Positions 18,677 through 27,334 of a stretch of 64,000 bases of DNA are shown piece by piece (within the stretch, counting starts at the first letter, position 1; each line of letters starts with the position of its first letter). The notes beneath the pieces were generated by a model. The model did no database searches, had not been told where the DNA came from, and worked only from the letters and a program-made list of their open reading frames with translations. Source of the stretch: Promethearchaeia archaeon (lineage in GTDB: Archaea; Asgardarchaeota; Lokiarchaeia; Sigyniarchaeales; SOKP01). Location of the stretch: positions 1 through 64,000 of the forward strand of contig JAWOCD010000052.1 in the NCBI GenBank assembly GCA_046483985.1, read 5' to 3'. The position numbers and the translations under genes were made by a program.

Positions 18677-19912
18677 TTATACGGATTCTCCATACTCTTC
18701 CGACCATTTTGTGAAGCGTTCTAAATCTTTGCCAGTGGTCATTGGCTTTACTTTTTTTAGGGTTTTCAAAAAGTCATCCAATTTAATTGGACGTACTTTA
18801 ACTTCTTGATCTCTATGCTCTAATAAACCTTTCATATCTAATTCACGTACGGGAATCATAATCACTTCTCGACATATATTGGCGATATCTCGCCCGGAAT
18901 ACCCTTCTGTCCGAACAGCGAGTTCAGCAAAATCCTCTTCCTCTAAATCGGACTCAATTCCCGCAGTATGGATTCTAAAAATCCCTTTTCGTGCTTCTTT
19001 ATCTGGCAAGGGAACATGCACCTTTTTTTCAAATCGACTTAACATGGCGTTATCAATATCCCATGGACGATTTGTAGCGCCGAGAACCAAGAGGAGGTCA
19101 TTGTTTTTCGTTTTTAGTCCTTGAATCTCGCTCAGTAATTGAGTTTTGACTCTTCTTTCTCCGGAGCTTTCATTTCCGGACCCTCGTTTGGTGGCAACAC
19201 TGTCAATTTCATCTATGAAGATTAGACTAGGTGCTTTCAATCGCGCCAATCGAAATAAGGAACTAATTAATTTTTCACTTTCTCCCAGCCATTTACTTAA
19301 CAGATCTGCTGAACTAACATTAAAAAATGTAGATTCTACTTCACCTGCTGCAGCTTTTGCTAGCAATGTTTTTCCACATCCTGGGGGACCGTATAATAAG
19401 ATTCCAGACCAAGGTTTTCGAGCACCTCTAAAGAGGTCGGGTTTAATCATAGGTAATACGATAGCTTCACGCAATGCTTGTTTACAAGTGTCTAATCCGG
19501 CGATATCGGACCACTCAACATCAGGAGATTCTGTTAGAATTGTTCCCGCGATTGAGTTCCTGAGCTCTCGTTCTTCCTCACTCATTTCTTCTTCCTCTTC
19601 GCCGTAATCTTCCTCATCCAAGTTTTTTTTACTTTTAGATTTCACAACAGTTTTTCCTCTTCGTCGACTTTTCCGTCTCTCCATTCCCGAAAGCTTAGCT
19701 TTTAACTCTTTTGCACGCTTCATGTAGTCTTGCATCATTTGGTCACACTTTTGCCGCATTACCTCATTTTTATTAAATTTCATAAACTTTAGAAGAATTT
19801 CTGCGGCTCGCATATATTTGTTATATGCCTCGTTATATTTTCCAGCCTTGTCCAACGACACAGCTTGTTTTGCTTCCTCCGTGGCATATCTGAATAATTT
19901 TGAATTAGACAT
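18677..19912 (-). CDS. vps4: Vps4-like AAA+ ATPase with N-terminal MIT domain
   Basis: MIT helices (AVSLDKAGKYNEAYNKY), GPPGCGKT, SKWLGESEK, FIDEID and ATNRPWDID. Confidence 0.95.
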   Translation of the reverse strand: MSNSKLFRYATEEAKQAVSLDKAGKYNEAYNKYMRAAEILLKFMKFNKNEVMRQKCDQMMQDYMKRAKELKAKLSGMERRKSRRRGKTVVKSKSKKNLDEEDYGEEEEEMSEEERELRNSIAGTILTESPDVEWSDIAGLDTCKQALREAIVLPMIKPDLFRGARKPWSGILLYGPPGCGKTLLAKAAAGEVESTFFNVSSADLLSKWLGESEKLISSLFRLARLKAPSLIFIDEIDSVATKRGSGNESSGERRVKTQLLSEIQGLKTKNNDLLLVLGATNRPWDIDNAMLSRFEKKVHVPLPDKEARKGIFRIHTAGIESDLEEEDFAELAVRTEGYSGRDIANICREVIMIPVRELDMKGLLEHRDQEVKVRPIKLDDFLKTLKKVKPMTTGKDLERFTKWSEEYGESV

Positions 19913-20003
19913 ACAAATCTACTTAATCTCTGTATTTAAAAATTTCTTCAGTTATGTTTTATATTTATAGTGATTGAAACCTAATATAAGTTTTATCCTT
20001 AAA

Positions 20004-20214
20004 GGCAAAAGAATACCCCGTTCTTTAGGGTGAGGATGAATTTTGTCCTAATTTTACCCAAAGAACCGCATTAACCAAAAGATTTAAATAACGAAAACAT
20101 TATATATTGTGTATGATTCGGACTAATACTTTAGAATTGAAACCAAGTAAACAACAACAGCGCATTCTAAAGATTATGTTGGTCAGAAGTAGTGCTATCT
20201 GTGGTTTAAATTAG
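20004..20214 (+). mobile_element. IS200/IS605 (IS1341-like) remnant: left end, promoter and truncated 5' end of tnpB
   Basis: GGCAAAAGAATACCCCGTTCTTTAGGGTGAGGATGAATTTTGTCC end hairpin, then a TTTAAATA box. ORF 20113-20214 (MIRTNTLELKPSKQQQRILKIMLVRSSAI...) resembles a TnpB N-terminus. Confidence 0.75.
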
Positions 20215-20250
20215 TATAATTAAAAAAATTTCAAAACTCGTGAGATAAAG

Positions 20251-20892
20251 TTGGGATTTATTAGTGATTTATCTGACCGCTCCTCTAAGTGGTTAAGGGG
20301 AGAGAAAAGTGATAAAAAGGGATTATATAGGACCATCGTAGAACTTCGGATGTTTAATAAACGATTGGTAAGACAAATACGAAAATTAGAAAAAACAGCC
20401 GACCGAGAACGAGAACGCGCTAAAAAATACCGAATGGAAGGAGATATAAAGGCGTCTAAAACTCATGCTGGGCGTTATTTGCAAATAAAACAGCAAGTTC
20501 GTGGTCTTGAGAATTTTCGCTCTAATTTGGAAGGGCTTCAATTTAAACTCGAGCAAGCTCGGAATATGAGTGATGTGTCTGGCGTCTTAAAGGGGATAGC
20601 AAGTTCTGTTTCCTCAATAAAACAACAACTAAGTGTCCCGATGATGCAAAATCTAATGTCGGATTTAAACGTTGATATGGAAGAGATTAGTGTAACTCAA
20701 GATGTTGCCTCTGAAAGCTTGGCAGATTTGAACGTCGAGGACGAGGTGAAGAAAGAAAACGTGGATGAACTTTTGGAGGAATTAGATACTGAGATACAAG
20801 TCGAAACAGGACGAGAGTTACCCAGTACTGAGACAAGTTCTGATAAGGTTAAAGAACTTGAAGAAAAATTAGATCGGATAAAAAATGAATAA
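20251..20892 (+). CDS. ESCRT-III (Snf7-domain) protein, paralog 1, probably Vps2/24/46 class
   Basis: N-terminal amphipathic helix, basic helical hairpin, acidic C-terminal half and MIM1-like KELEEKLDRIK; TTG start. Confidence 0.9.
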   Translation: MGFISDLSDRSSKWLRGEKSDKKGLYRTIVELRMFNKRLVRQIRKLEKTADRERERAKKYRMEGDIKASKTHAGRYLQIKQQVRGLENFRSNLEGLQFKLEQARNMSDVSGVLKGIASSVSSIKQQLSVPMMQNLMSDLNVDMEEISVTQDVASESLADLNVEDEVKKENVDELLEELDTEIQVETGRELPSTETSSDKVKELEEKLDRIKNE

Positions 20893-21106
20893 GAAAGAAG
20901 AATATAATACCTTAAAATGTGCTCTTTCTATTCATAAAAAGATATTCTGTTTTCGGTAACGCATCTCTAAGCCATATCTTTGGACACTCCAAATGTGTAT
21001 TCATCTACTCCTTTTCTAATAAAACAATAAATAATATATTTCATACTATCTTAAGTATGATATAGGTGAATCGGATGGCAATTGTATTCCTTGCATATGA
21101 ATTTAT

Positions 21107-21571
21107 TTAGGTCACTTTCTTTTTGACACGATTGCAAGCGGTGATGGGATTATGTGGACTAAAATTCCATGGAAAGATGAATATGTCCCTTTCGTTAACC
21201 TGTTCTGTGAGGAAACTGATGGTTACCACGGGTTGTATTGGGTTGCTCGCTATCAGGAATCCATGTTTAATATCTTGGGAGATGCTGCGGTCATAATCTC
21301 TGCTAGAATTATTCAAATCCTCCAGATCCTCTACTCTCTGAATGGATTTTCTTCCGTTACCCTTAATCCTTTCTATATTGCCTCCGTTGTCTATTTATTA
21401 TTGATGCTGTTATTAAGTAAAGATGAATTATCAGAAAAATTTCTTAAGGACCCGCCAGAAGGTAGATATAATGACTATAGAGTGGATCCAAAGTATATCA
21501 ATGCCCTCAACGAGGCAGATAAAAGAAGGCACCTTGAAAAATATGGAGATCTATTAGAAGAAATTCAATAA
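21107..21571 (+). pseudogene. Probable 5'-truncated YdjM-like membrane metal-dependent hydrolase
   Basis: In frame upstream of the 21152 ORF the sequence reads LGHFLFDTIASGDGIMW (HxxxD..G motif), but it is preceded by a TGA; TM segments follow. Confidence 0.4.
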
Positions 21572-21691
21572 ATCTCTGTGGAATATTTATCTTCTTTCAG
21601 ATAAAAAATGGACTCCAAAAATATATTAAAAAGTAATTTAATATATTATATAGAAATATATCAAAAATGTGACCTTATAGGAATTATTGTA

Positions 21692-22339
21692 ATGGGTTTC
21701 TTGAAAGATTTCTCAGAAAAGGCGAGTAAGTGGCTTAAAGGCGAAGGAAATGGAAAAGACGATATAAAATCAGCTACTATTAAGCTTCGGATTTACAATA
21801 AACGCTTATTGCGACAAGTGAGAAAATTAGAACAAACAGCAAGCCGCGAGCGGAAAAAAGCGGCCCAATTTCGAAAAGAAGGCGATAATCAAGGGGCGAA
21901 AACTCATGCAAGAAGATATCTCCAATTAAAATCGCAAATTCGCTCTGTAGAGAAGTTTCGCTCGAATTTAGAGGGGTTGCAATTTAAACTCAACCAAGCC
22001 ACTGCTGTGAAGGATGTTGCGGGAATATTTAAGAGCATTTCTGCGTCTGTCTCGTCCGTCAAAAATCAGTTAAATATTCCACAGATTCAAGATGTTCTCA
22101 CCGATTTGACGGTGGACATGGAAGAGATCGGGATGACCCAAGAAGTTGCCTCAGAGAGTATGGAAGATGTTAATATGGAAATGTCTGTAGATGATTCCAA
22201 AGTGGATAATTTTTTGCAAGAACTTGATACCGAGATAGAAGTTGAGGCAGGTGGAAACCTCCCCAGTCCCATGATTGAGGATGAACGGGTCAAAGACCTC
22301 GAAGAAGAATTAAAGAAACTGAAATCCGATGAGGTATAA
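21692..22339 (+). CDS. ESCRT-III (Snf7-domain) protein, paralog 2, probably Vps2/24/46 class
   Basis: Collinear with 20251-20892 (shared FRSNLEGLQFKL, VDMEEI, ELDTEI) and has MIM1-like KDLEEELKKLK; start set at ATG 21692 by homology. Confidence 0.9.
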   Translation: MGFLKDFSEKASKWLKGEGNGKDDIKSATIKLRIYNKRLLRQVRKLEQTASRERKKAAQFRKEGDNQGAKTHARRYLQLKSQIRSVEKFRSNLEGLQFKLNQATAVKDVAGIFKSISASVSSVKNQLNIPQIQDVLTDLTVDMEEIGMTQEVASESMEDVNMEMSVDDSKVDNFLQELDTEIEVEAGGNLPSPMIEDERVKDLEEELKKLKSDEV

Positions 22340-22490
22340 TTCGTTTTAGATTTCTTTTTCTCACATTTAGAAGAAAATTATTATCCCAATATCCATAGGG
22401 AAGTCAGTCGAAAGAAAAGGGGATCAAACAACCGAAATAGAACAATAGAAATAATATTTAGTATTAATTAAGGAAGTGGAAAAAATAAAA

Positions 22491-23516
22491 ATGAATTCAA
22501 CCAATAAAAACTTGTTGGACTTAATTACTATTGGCAGTTGTACACTGGATTGCATAATTAAAGTAGAAGATATCCTTCGATTTGAGTTGCTGGATGAAGA
22601 TGTTGTGAAGAAATATACAGCCATTGAATACAGTCAAAAATTAAATATTGAGAATGTTCGCTTTGTACCAGGCGGCTCGGCAGCAAATATTGCCAGTAAT
22701 TGTGCAATGATGGATATTAATAGCGCCTATCTTGGGATCTTAGGAAAAGACTTCAGCGCAAATATTTGTATGGAAGACATGGAAAAACGTGGAGTGAATT
22801 TAGATCATGTCCTCCAAACAGAGGAAGATAATACGGCATTTTCGGTGATTCTTAAAACAGAATGGGGGAAGGACAGAAGTATTTTAGCCTATAAAGGAGC
22901 AAATAACTTATTGACCCCCGATGATGTAAAAGAGGAATTATTTGAAAATATTAAGGCTTTTGCGTGGACTTCATTGACCACAGAAAAAGGCTGTAAAGCA
23001 ATCGAAAAAGCTTTGACCCTTACCAAGAATAATAACGGAAAGGTTTTTGCAGCTCCCAGTATGTCCATTATTAAGAATAATCTAAAATGGGCCAAGATTT
23101 TAATAAGCAATTCAGATGTTATCTCTTTGAATAGGGAAGAGGCAGTGGAATTTACAGGAAAACGAGATACCTCGCAGATAATCCGTAAATTCCTTGATTT
23201 AGGTGCAGAGATTATATCCATTACGGATGGATCGAACGGATCTATTATTTCAGACGGTGAAAAGACAGTGAATAGTGGAATTTATGACGGTCCTGTTGAA
23301 GATACGACGGGCGCCGGAGATGCCTTCTTAAGTGGTATTTTAATCTCTTGCTTGAAGGATTATTCTTTGGAAAGAACTTCAAAAGTCGCATCTGCCATGG
23401 CTGCCTTAGAATCTATGGAAGTGGGAGTAAGAGTAGGGATCCCCCATAATTTTGAGAAAGTAGAAGCGTTTATTAATAATCACAAAATCAAGCAAAATAT
23501 CTCAAAAATTAAATGA
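22491..23516 (+). CDS. PfkB-family carbohydrate kinase
   Basis: PGGSAAN, NREEA and DTTGAGDAF motifs; start codon uncertain (22476 GTG or 22491 ATG). Confidence 0.9.
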   Translation: MNSTNKNLLDLITIGSCTLDCIIKVEDILRFELLDEDVVKKYTAIEYSQKLNIENVRFVPGGSAANIASNCAMMDINSAYLGILGKDFSANICMEDMEKRGVNLDHVLQTEEDNTAFSVILKTEWGKDRSILAYKGANNLLTPDDVKEELFENIKAFAWTSLTTEKGCKAIEKALTLTKNNNGKVFAAPSMSIIKNNLKWAKILISNSDVISLNREEAVEFTGKRDTSQIIRKFLDLGAEIISITDGSNGSIISDGEKTVNSGIYDGPVEDTTGAGDAFLSGILISCLKDYSLERTSKVASAMAALESMEVGVRVGIPHNFEKVEAFINNHKIKQNISKIK

Positions 23517-23610
23517 CCTCTTTATCTTTTTATTCAATGATTAAATTTTAATTTCTTCCAATATTCTTATTAACATCATTAGTTTTTGATATTTGTTTTC
23601 TACATTATAT

Positions 23611-23738
23611 GCGTCAGTAGTATAGAAGTGAATCATTTCGCTTCATTGTAGATTGGTAGTATACGAGCTTGCCATGCTTGTGACTCGGGTTCAAAGAAAA
23701 AGTCATTTCGGCTTTTCGAACACATCCCGGCTGACGCA
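23611..23738 (+). tRNA. tRNA-Gly(GCC) with two introns (15/16: 23626-23653; 58/59: 23695-23723)
   Basis: Acceptor stem GCGTCAG/CTGACGC-A; anticodon arm CGAGC-TT-GCC-AT-GCTTG. Removing both BHB-bounded inserts gives a canonical 71-nt cloverleaf with D-loop AGTGGTA and T-loop TTCAAAT. Confidence 0.92.
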
Positions 23739-23841
23739 TTCAAAATTTTTTTTACTTTCATGAAAAAGTTATGGGTTTCTTTCGTGAGAGATTCTAAATT
23801 TCATAAAAACAAGCAAGAAAGGCAAGAAAAACGGGTAAACC

Positions 23842-24681
23842 TTAGAGAAACCCAAGGAAGTCTGAAACTTCGGAGATTTCTGGGAGTTCATATTCAAAAT
23901 ATTCTTCTACTGTTTCTACGAGTAGATTTAAGAAGGTGAATGTAATATTGACATTAAATCGTTCATAAATTGAATCCATTAAGATTTTTGAATTGATTTT
24001 GTCCTTATTTTGTTCTTGACTATATTTTTTGACGTATTCGCTCATTAAATAAAATTTCCTGATTTCGTTTTTTAGCACTATCAGACCGCTTCTTAGTTCT
24101 TCCTCTTTAAAAAATTTTTTAACAAATTCCTGGATCTCCTTTAGTGGCTTTGGATCCATGATTTTATCCTCATCTTTTATAATCTCTTTTTTCCGGAGGA
24201 TGAAATAATCCTCATATTCTTTTTTATTATTTTTATACTCCTTGCTCGTAAGAAATTTAAGATGGAACTCGAAAGATTCTTGAGTTATGTGTTTGAAAAA
24301 GTATTCAAAATGAGATGTAAGGTGTTTTTGGTCGAATATAAATAATATCTTTTTCTTGAGAAATATCGCCCGGAGAATATTTGTAATGGTTTTTTCGGGT
24401 AGATTATAGCTTACAATATCAAGATCTAAGGAATCATCAAAAGAAACTTTCTCCTTTCCTGATTCTGCAGTCGTACCCTCTTCTTTTATCGGGATTTGAA
24501 AATCTGCCACGTAACGATCTCTTACATTCAGATTTTTATCAATATACGCGATAAAATTATGTTCACAGATACGACCTTCTTCAAGATTAACAGCCATTAA
24601 TCCTTTTCCGCCTTCTACTTCTGGCACTTCCACTTTTCCTTTTTTTTGACAAGTGGGGCACCTAATCTCGATTTCTGGCAT
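23842..24681 (-). CDS. Zn-ribbon plus alpha/beta (possibly DENN-like) domain protein, paralog A
   Basis: CPTC...CEH.F..YIDKN..VRD...ADF; homologous to the neighbouring gene. Confidence 0.7.
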   Translation of the reverse strand: MPEIEIRCPTCQKKGKVEVPEVEGGKGLMAVNLEEGRICEHNFIAYIDKNLNVRDRYVADFQIPIKEEGTTAESGKEKVSFDDSLDLDIVSYNLPEKTITNILRAIFLKKKILFIFDQKHLTSHFEYFFKHITQESFEFHLKFLTSKEYKNNKKEYEDYFILRKKEIIKDEDKIMDPKPLKEIQEFVKKFFKEEELRSGLIVLKNEIRKFYLMSEYVKKYSQEQNKDKINSKILMDSIYERFNVNITFTFLNLLVETVEEYFEYELPEISEVSDFLGFL

Positions 24682-24741
24682 AACCTACACACAACTTATT
24701 TCTTCTATTGATTTTATGTTCCATTTTTCATTTTAAAATAT

Positions 24742-25605
24742 TCATATACCAAAAGCAGGGAAATAATAGTCCGATAATACACTTAAATCATAATCGTAAT
24801 TAAATTTGAGTATATCCAATAAGAGTTCGAGATATGAATACTCAACCTTCTCCCGAGAATTCTCTCCTTTGGCTAGTTTATCAATAAGATGTTTTTTACC
24901 CAATTTTTCTTTGCCTTTATGAGTATCCATTATCTCCTTTACTTTTTCTGATAAAGTTTTGAGTTTATTAATGTCGTTTTTCATAATTATGAGACTTGAA
25001 GTCGGATCGTTTTCTCCCAGAAACTTTTGTACAATTTTTCGTTCAATTTTTATTTTTTTTTTCCGCATTTGCTCTTTCTTATCATTTTTGACCTTACCTT
25101 CTTCTAATCTTAGAAATTTTTTGTATTGTTTTTTCTTTTTCTTAAAGCTCTTTTCAGTTTCAATTGCAAAATTAATGGTGAACGAGTCTTTGAAGATAAA
25201 ATTTAAAAATTTCCTTAAATGAGGATGTAAAGACTTTTGGGAATTGATAATCACCAGATCATGATTGAGTAAACAAGCTCGAATCATGAAAGTAAGGGAG
25301 AGAGCAGAAATATTCATTTTAATGAGGTCAACCTTAATATCCTCTAAATGAGAGAGATTTTTTTTCTCTTTATCCTTTTTTACGCTAATCTCAGGCAGTT
25401 CAATCTGAAAATCAGCTAGGAAACAATCTCGCACAGTAAGATTTTGATCAATATACACAATGAAGGCGTGCGGGCAAATCTGATTTTTTGCAATATTAAG
25501 GGCTGCCACCCCCCGAGAACTCTTATGAACTAGGTCTTCCTCTATCTCAATATATCCATTTTTATGACAACTTGGACATACAATCTTGATTTTTGACAAA
25601 CTCAC
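24742..25605 (-). CDS. Zn-ribbon plus alpha/beta (possibly DENN-like) domain protein, paralog B
   Basis: CPSC...CPH.F..YIDQN..VRD...ADF; tandem paralog of 23842-24681. Confidence 0.7.
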   Translation of the reverse strand: MSLSKIKIVCPSCHKNGYIEIEEDLVHKSSRGVAALNIAKNQICPHAFIVYIDQNLTVRDCFLADFQIELPEISVKKDKEKKNLSHLEDIKVDLIKMNISALSLTFMIRACLLNHDLVIINSQKSLHPHLRKFLNFIFKDSFTINFAIETEKSFKKKKKQYKKFLRLEEGKVKNDKKEQMRKKKIKIERKIVQKFLGENDPTSSLIIMKNDINKLKTLSEKVKEIMDTHKGKEKLGKKHLIDKLAKGENSREKVEYSYLELLLDILKFNYDYDLSVLSDYYFPAFGI

Positions 25606-25726
25606 ACACCTCCATTTATTTGCTTTTTAAATTCACTATCCAAAGTTATATCAAATATCATCATAAACCTATTTAAATATTAACATCATACCCCGGTGAT
25701 AGTTCTAAGTGATAGTTCCTTGAACA

Positions 25727-26206
25727 TCAATATCGTCTTACCCGGGCGTAATTTTTCTCCAAAAGATTGGCAATAAGTAAACAACCAATAGTGCCCACAT
25801 TCTCTCCGACAATAAAGGAAAAGAGATTATTCAAAAATACGTTTACAATAAAAAAGCTGCTAAAATAAAGGACTGTAAAGATAATTAAGGTCAAAAAGAG
25901 AGGTTTTGAAACGGGAAATCTCAATATCCTTTTTACTATTTTGTTTTCTATCTTAGATTTCCGGAATTGGTTTTTTAAATTCTTTCTTCTCTTCACTTGG
26001 GCAAAACTTTCATAGATTATCGTCGATCCGAAAAAAATTGCAAAAATTGACCCGATAGGAATTATGATTATTACCAAGTAGTTTTGGACATTTAGAACGA
26101 ATTGTGATAAAAGGATTATGAAAAGCTGAATGAAACCACATCCTCCCAACAACATTAAGGCAATCCCAATATATTCCTTTGACGCCCAACGTATTCTAAT
26201 CGGCAT
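25727..26206 (-). CDS. Hypothetical 4-TM membrane protein
   Basis: Four hydrophobic segments with a basic loop. Confidence 0.7.
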   Translation of the reverse strand: MPIRIRWASKEYIGIALMLLGGCGFIQLFIILLSQFVLNVQNYLVIIIIPIGSIFAIFFGSTIIYESFAQVKRRKNLKNQFRKSKIENKIVKRILRFPVSKPLFLTLIIFTVLYFSSFFIVNVFLNNLFSFIVGENVGTIGCLLIANLLEKNYARVRRY

Positions 26207-26282
26207 TTTTTAATTTAAAAAATATTTTTGTTATGATTCTTAATTAACGATAATTTTAATTTGTTTTTATGCCTAAAATACA

Positions 26283-26500
26283 TTTAAATTGGCGGGGTTG
26301 ATCAGTGACTTGAAGAAAAGAAACCGGCCATTTCGAGAGGTGAGGACGATTCTCGGGCAAGAGGGGAATCGGGGATCAAATCAAGGACGAGATCAATACC
26401 TATTTAGATTCTCTCGAGGACGCCGCCTCACCAAGGGGATGTTTAAAGATTCTTAAGAAGCGATTCAAAATGTACGATTCTCAAAAGACCAAACGCAAAA
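26283..26500 (+). pseudogene. GC-richer frameshifted coding fragment, possibly transposase-derived
   Basis: LISDLKKRNRPFREVRTILGQEG / DQIKDEINTYLDSLED...LKKRFKMYD across a frameshift; no start codon context. Confidence 0.3.
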
Positions 26501-26633
26501 ACCTTTTAAGGGAGATGAATCTAGCAAATCTTAATAGTATTGATTTAAATACCATAAACAATCAATTTTAATAATTATTGTTAATTTAAAACAATAATAC
26601 TTATATATTGAGTTATTAACTCTCTTCAAAATA

Positions 26634-26708
26634 GAGCTGGTGATCTAGCGTGGTTATGATGCCCGCTTGACGTGCGGGAAATCGGGGGTTCGAATCCCCC
26701 CCAGCTCA
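26634..26708 (+). tRNA. tRNA-Val(GAC), no intron
   Basis: GAGCTGG/CCAGCTC-A acceptor, CCCGC-TT-GAC-GT-GCGGG anticodon arm and GGGGG-TTCGAAT-CCCCC T arm; TTATATA box about 30 bp upstream. Confidence 0.97.
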
Positions 26709-26881
26709 TAGGACCGCTATTTTTTCCCAATTTTGGAAGACTTTTTTCAAATCGGCATCTCATCCTCAATTTCTAAAAATAACCCTCATTGAGGGATAAA
26801 AAATTATATATATTGAAATTCTACATGTAATCATAATATAATTTTAAAAAATTAAAGAATGATGAAGAATCATAAATTTCG

Positions 26882-27076
26882 ATGTCAAAAGCAGAGGTTA
26901 AAAAAGAAAAATTTAAAATAGTGTATATAATAATCGGGGCTTTAATCATCTTTTCTGTGGGAATGGGCTTAATGTTTTCTTTTGTTGATATAGAAAATCT
27001 CAATGATTCGGCTGAAGATTCCGATAGTTCAGATGATGACACAATTGATAATTCTACTGATGATGATGGAGGTTGA
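26882..27076 (+). CDS. Small single-TM protein with acidic tail, possibly a truncated surface protein
   Basis: Basic N-terminus, one TM helix and an Asp/Ser-rich tail. Confidence 0.45.
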   Translation: MSKAEVKKEKFKIVYIIIGALIIFSVGMGLMFSFVDIENLNDSAEDSDSSDDDTIDNSTDDDGG

Positions 27077-27334
27077 TCAACCGTACAATCTCCCACAATT
27101 AAGATAAAGGTCGTCCAAGAAAAATTGCCGCTATGCACTTTATGCGTTATTGACAGTTCCCGATTGAGATAAAATCTAGAAGAACTAACCTTCCTGGATG
27201 AGTCTTACAAAAAAATATTGGTTGTAAGAGGACAAAGCTTGCAAGGCTTAGGGAAGATTCATATTTCCTTTTATAATGAATAATTAGGTTAAAAAAACTA
27301 ATAAGAAATAAAAAAATTGAATAGATTAAATTAA

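Noticed and set aside
26882-27172. TGA at 27074-27076 followed by about 31 open codons containing CTLC, as a possible selenocysteine read-through
   Set aside because: No recognisable selenoprotein family or SECIS-like hairpin was seen, and an open stretch of this length is expected by chance.
26634-27330. tRNA-Val as an integration site for an island
   Set aside because: No integrase and no duplicated tRNA 3' end were found in the window; only small fragments flank it.
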